From Harriotta raleighana (lineage: Eukaryota): a stretch of DNA of 64,000 nucleotides. The DNA lies in the NCBI GenBank assembly GCA_050575255.1, contig JBNZDD010013722.1, positions 1,251,119 to 1,315,118 on the forward strand, read 5' to 3'. This document shows positions 60,278 to 64,000 of this stretch, one piece after another. The notes below the pieces were generated by a model. The model searched no databases, was not told where the DNA came from, and was given only the letters and a program-made list of their open reading frames with translations. Within the stretch, counting starts at the first letter, position 1; the number at the start of each line of letters is the position of its first letter. The translations under genes were made by a program, and so were the position numbers.

Positions 60278-61719
60278 AATACATCTCAGGATGAAATGCG
60301 AGAGACCAGCGCCACAATCTTTTTGTCTGCAGCTTGGGCACACTCCTTCCCATTGAGCGATTGTTCCACCAGTTGGACTTTGGTTTAAGCAGCAGTTGCT
60401 GCCTCTCTGCAAGCCAATCTCTCACTCTCCCATCTTTTCTCTCTCATCCTCTTGCTCCTTCTCTCCCTGTCTCTCTTGTCTTCCTCTTCTCTTTTCACTT
60501 TGATCCCTTCTCTCTTTCCCTCTTGCATCACTTGCTTTTTAGTATTACTTTAGTTTCTGTTACCCATTCATTTGATACCTCTAAGGGCAATTCAGAAGAG
60601 ACTGTCTCTAATGCTTTCTACGAATGTAATCAATTTTAGGCTGAGAAACTTTAAAGTTCTGTGATGTTTCCTTTCAAAATAGGTTTTAACTTTTCAGTGT
60701 GATGGGGGAAGTCAAATGTTGCACTGTCTAGACAATGTAATTACTGTATCTAGTCTATGATATCCATAAAGGAATAACGTGATATTCCTCTGTGTACAGT
60801 TTAATGCATTAATTATTTTTGAACTCTTTTCCTGACATAAGGGTGTTTAATCTCTATGCTATTTAAAATGGATTAAATATGAACAAAGTCCTTGGAAACT
60901 GCTCAGCATGAATTAATTTTGCTCCATTAGTTTCACTGGAAATATTTTCATTCTTTATTAATTAAAAAATCTAGCAACATTTTAGTAACTAAAAATGTAT
61001 CTACCTGCCAGGGGAGAGCAAAGTTATCAACAGAAGAATATTCTGGTTATTTTACCCTTGGATGCATGATTTAAACTCTCCAAGATGCTACCCCACATGA
61101 AAGGCACAATATAAACGCAAATTGTCATTGTTGGTGCTTTTCAAAATGCAGTATTTTGCAAAGGATTTGAAATGAGTTCCCATTGTGTTGTAATAGGCTA
61201 GTTTTTACTTTATTCCTTCGCAGTCTTACTTCTACTGTAGTGTCAGAACCTAGTGCCATTGAATAGATCTCCCAATTTGTTATTCTAAACTTGCCCTTGC
61301 ATGCGACTTACTCCCAAACATATAGGAAAAAATTCCACCTGGATCTGAACTTGCAGGATTGCTAGCCTGGACACAATGAGAAACTCCTCTATTTAACTTC
61401 CAAAATAACAGGCACCATGGACTTCAGTTTAATGTTTAAGCTGAAGAACACCAATGCTGGACTCAATTGGAGTGTCATCCTACATAATAAATTCAGAGTT
61501 CCATCATGAGGTTTGATTCTTCTGAAATTTAGGCAACAATACGACCAACTGAGCCAAATTGAACACAAATGTGTTCCTCTTCTGTTGCATAAAAGTGGGG
61601 TCTTTAGTGGTTATAGCACTTACCTCGCAAGCGAGAGGACCTGGGTGTAAATAATTTTAATAAAGTTCAAGTTAGCTAACAGATTATTCAGACTTCTGGT
61701 TTTATCTTGCCTGTGCTAA

Positions 61720-62025
61720 AAATGCTGCAATATATTCCATTGCTGCCTGGAGCCATTCCTGCTGTTTCCATGCCACTTTGACAGAAGGTTACCCATTTTA
61801 AGTGTCATTGTTGAAAGCAACCATCTGCTACTGATAGTTGGGAAAATTGCCATTGTTTCTGCACCAGACGATGGCACAGGAATAACTGAAAGGGAAGTCA
61901 ACACTTCCAAGCATCAAAGGTCTCGCAAACAAGTTGGGGTCACAGGATCAGCTGAAGTAAAATAGTCTACTTTGAGGAAAGTTGAAATCAGCACACGCCA
62001 TGAGATTCAGAATACATTCAAAGTG
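61720..62025. repeat. Unclassified ancient interspersed repeat, copy 2
   Basis: Homologous to 31960-32285. Minus-strand ORFs share IFLTTRGRWLLASMAHK / IFPTISSRWLLSTMTLK. Confidence 0.7.
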
Positions 62026-62072
62026 TTTCTGTTAATTGATTTAAAGCATAAGAACATGACAAATTCATTCGT

Positions 62073-62470
62073 ATAACAAAATTACATTTGTATAGCGCAT
62101 TTCACATTGGGAAGATGCCCCAAGGTGCCTGGACAGTCAGTGTTTCAGACCCGAGCTGGGATTGGGGAGGGAGAAGCGAAAGTACGGGAATGGAGGATGA
62201 CTGATGTCACGGTTGAAGATAAGGGTCTTGAGATATCACTTGAAGGAGGCAAGATGGAATTCCAAAGCTTTTGTGCAGAGTGGTTGAAGGCTCGCCCTCC
62301 AATGGTGGGGTGGGTGGGTCAGGGGACATGGAGTGAGAATGGGCAAGATAGGAGCTTGGTGCGAGAGAGTACAAGGGCTGTAGAGTTCTTTCTGATCTGT
62401 AGCCTGTGGAAGGAGGAGTTGGGAAGACCGACAAGCAGGTCATTGGCATTGTCGGGCCTGGATGAGTTAA
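62073..62470 (-). mobile_element. L2 3' end, internally deleted
   Basis: aacaaaattacatttgtatagcgcatttcacattgggaagatgcccc; gcctgtggaaggaggagttgggaagaccgacaagcaggtcattggc. Confidence 0.85.
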
Positions 62471-62914
62471 GGGCATAAATGAGAGTCTATCTATAGAATA
62501 GATAGAATCTACCTATATTAATAGACAAAACATCTGTCTGTCTGCCAAAAACACGATCAACGATTGATGGAGAGACATGAAATCAGAAGTGTTCTGCAAG
62601 GGGACACCAAGTACTATGGGAATATATTTTTTCTGGAATTTTCTATCGTGACCTAAACAAGCTCAACACACATATGTGGACTCCAACAAGGAGTCCTCCT
62701 AACAAGGAGTCCTCACAGCCAATCAATGAACACTTTCAGCACAGCCTTTCCACTTCTGATGAATGGTCTCTCATAGAATGTCAGACGTTCCTTGTCTTTC
62801 CAAGGCTGATTGTTCTGATGAGCATTCCTAAGGCTTTTTGTAGACATTAATGTTTTGTATTATTCAATATCAACAACTGGGCAAAAACTTATTTCCAGTG
62901 TTAAATTGTGAATC

Positions 62915-63088
62915 AAGGCTCGACTCAAGACCCTCCTTTTTGATTGTTCCTTCAGCTGCCCTCCTAGCTCCCTGCCCTCCCTCATCCCAACCCTACCCCG
63001 CCCCCCATGCTTGGGTCCTGACACCTGACTGTTCAGCACCTTGAAATGTTCTCCCAACGTAAAAGGCGCTCTACAAATGCAATTTTTG
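62915..63088 (+). mobile_element. L2 3' end
   Basis: tcaagaccctcctttttgattgt...cccaacgtaaaaggcgctctacaaatgcaatttt. Confidence 0.8.
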
Positions 63089-63189
63089 GCCTTATTTACT
63101 ACAATAATCCTTGTGATAATCTACTTTCTCAACCATAACCAAATACAGTACTACTGTACTAAAAGTTTGCTTTCTCCTGTGTGTTTTCC

Positions 63190-63455
63190 TGGCTTGATGG
63201 TGGCACTCTCACCTATGTCAAAAAGTTATGTGTTCAAGCCACACCACCACCAACAACAACAAATTCCGTTTATATAGCGCCTTTCATGTCAGGATGATTT
63301 CCCAAGATACCTCACGTAGTGACTCACGCATCATTTAAACTGACACTCCAATGCACTGATACAGAATCACTACAATTTGCAGTAAATCCTGTGAAACACT
63401 TTGAATCATTTCAGTGACATAGTAAGATACTATATCAAATGAAAGGATTATTTAC
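63190..63455 (+). mobile_element. Decayed Deu-type SINE with an L2 tail stub inserted (about 63248-63310, minus)
   Basis: Head ggtggcactctcacctatgtcaaaaagttatgtgttcaagccacac...ctgacactccaatgcactga; tail tactatatcaaatgaaaggatta. Confidence 0.6.
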
Positions 63456-64000
63456 TATTAACAGACTTTCTGCTCATGTCAGATTTTTTAGCATTCACAT
63501 TTTTTCATTTCTCGTTTTGTTTGTGAATTTTGATTTCTATATGTTTATTTATAGATGTATAGCCTGACAGAATAGCAATTTTAAAGTGCTGACATGGGTT
63601 CAAACCCACAACGTTTTGACTTTGAAGAGTGCTGTTAACTGAGTCAGACCAATGTGGAAAAACCTGAGAGCAGGTCTCACCATCTCATAGTGAATTGAAT
63701 TTGAAATCTGTGTGTAAACAAAAGGGATAACGGAGAAAAAATTTCCCCAAAATTTCAGAGGGAGCCTCAAATTGTAAGGATTGCATTGTTATAGCAGCCC
63801 CTATGTGTGTATTACTCACCACTAGAAACAAAGCTTTGATTCAGAAAACGGGACAAATTCGACATCTGATTTGGAAGACTTAATAGTCTAATAGTTAAAA
63901 GTGTATGTACTACATTAAAATGATGAAAGATGGTTTGAAAGAAAATCTGGCATCAAGAATCTGTTCTCGTAAAGTGAAGAATTTGTTAAAGGCAAATCTT

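Noticed and set aside
60300-60640. Purine-rich minus-strand frame encoding a charged K/E/R run
   Set aside because: Low-complexity GA tract with in-frame stops; it cannot be assigned to any family.
1-64000. CRISPR arrays, operons or other prokaryotic systems
   Set aside because: No regularly spaced repeat-spacer array and no dense coding. The sequence is vertebrate, TE-rich, non-coding DNA.

Overview
AT-rich, repeat-dense vertebrate non-coding DNA (intergenic or a very large intron). I can recognise no host protein-coding gene, rRNA or true tRNA. The repeat set points to a cartilaginous fish, most likely a holocephalan such as Callorhinchus (inference only): many tRNA-head/L2-tail SINEs, older Deu-domain SINEs, L2 and CR1 LINE fragments, Penelope-like (GIY-YIG) pieces and Tigger/pogo-type MITEs. 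The listed ORFs I can interpret are LINE/PLE debris; the rest look like chance frames. A 5.4-kb direct duplication (10402-15841 / 15843-21247) is joined at a single N and is probably two unmerged haplotypes. The most notable signals are: (1) a 1546-bp non-autonomous DNA transposon with perfect 33-bp TIRs, an 8-bp TSD and two internal AT-rich palindromes; (2) a perfect 28-bp-stem hairpin whose 3' arm carries the miR-1/206 seed; (3) a heavily decayed PIF/Harbinger-like transposase fossil; (4) Penelope insertions with inverted ends, target duplications and decayed hammerhead-ribozyme cores. I cannot support a new biological system from this window. Repeat boundaries not fixed by a TIR or TSD are approximate (tens of bp).
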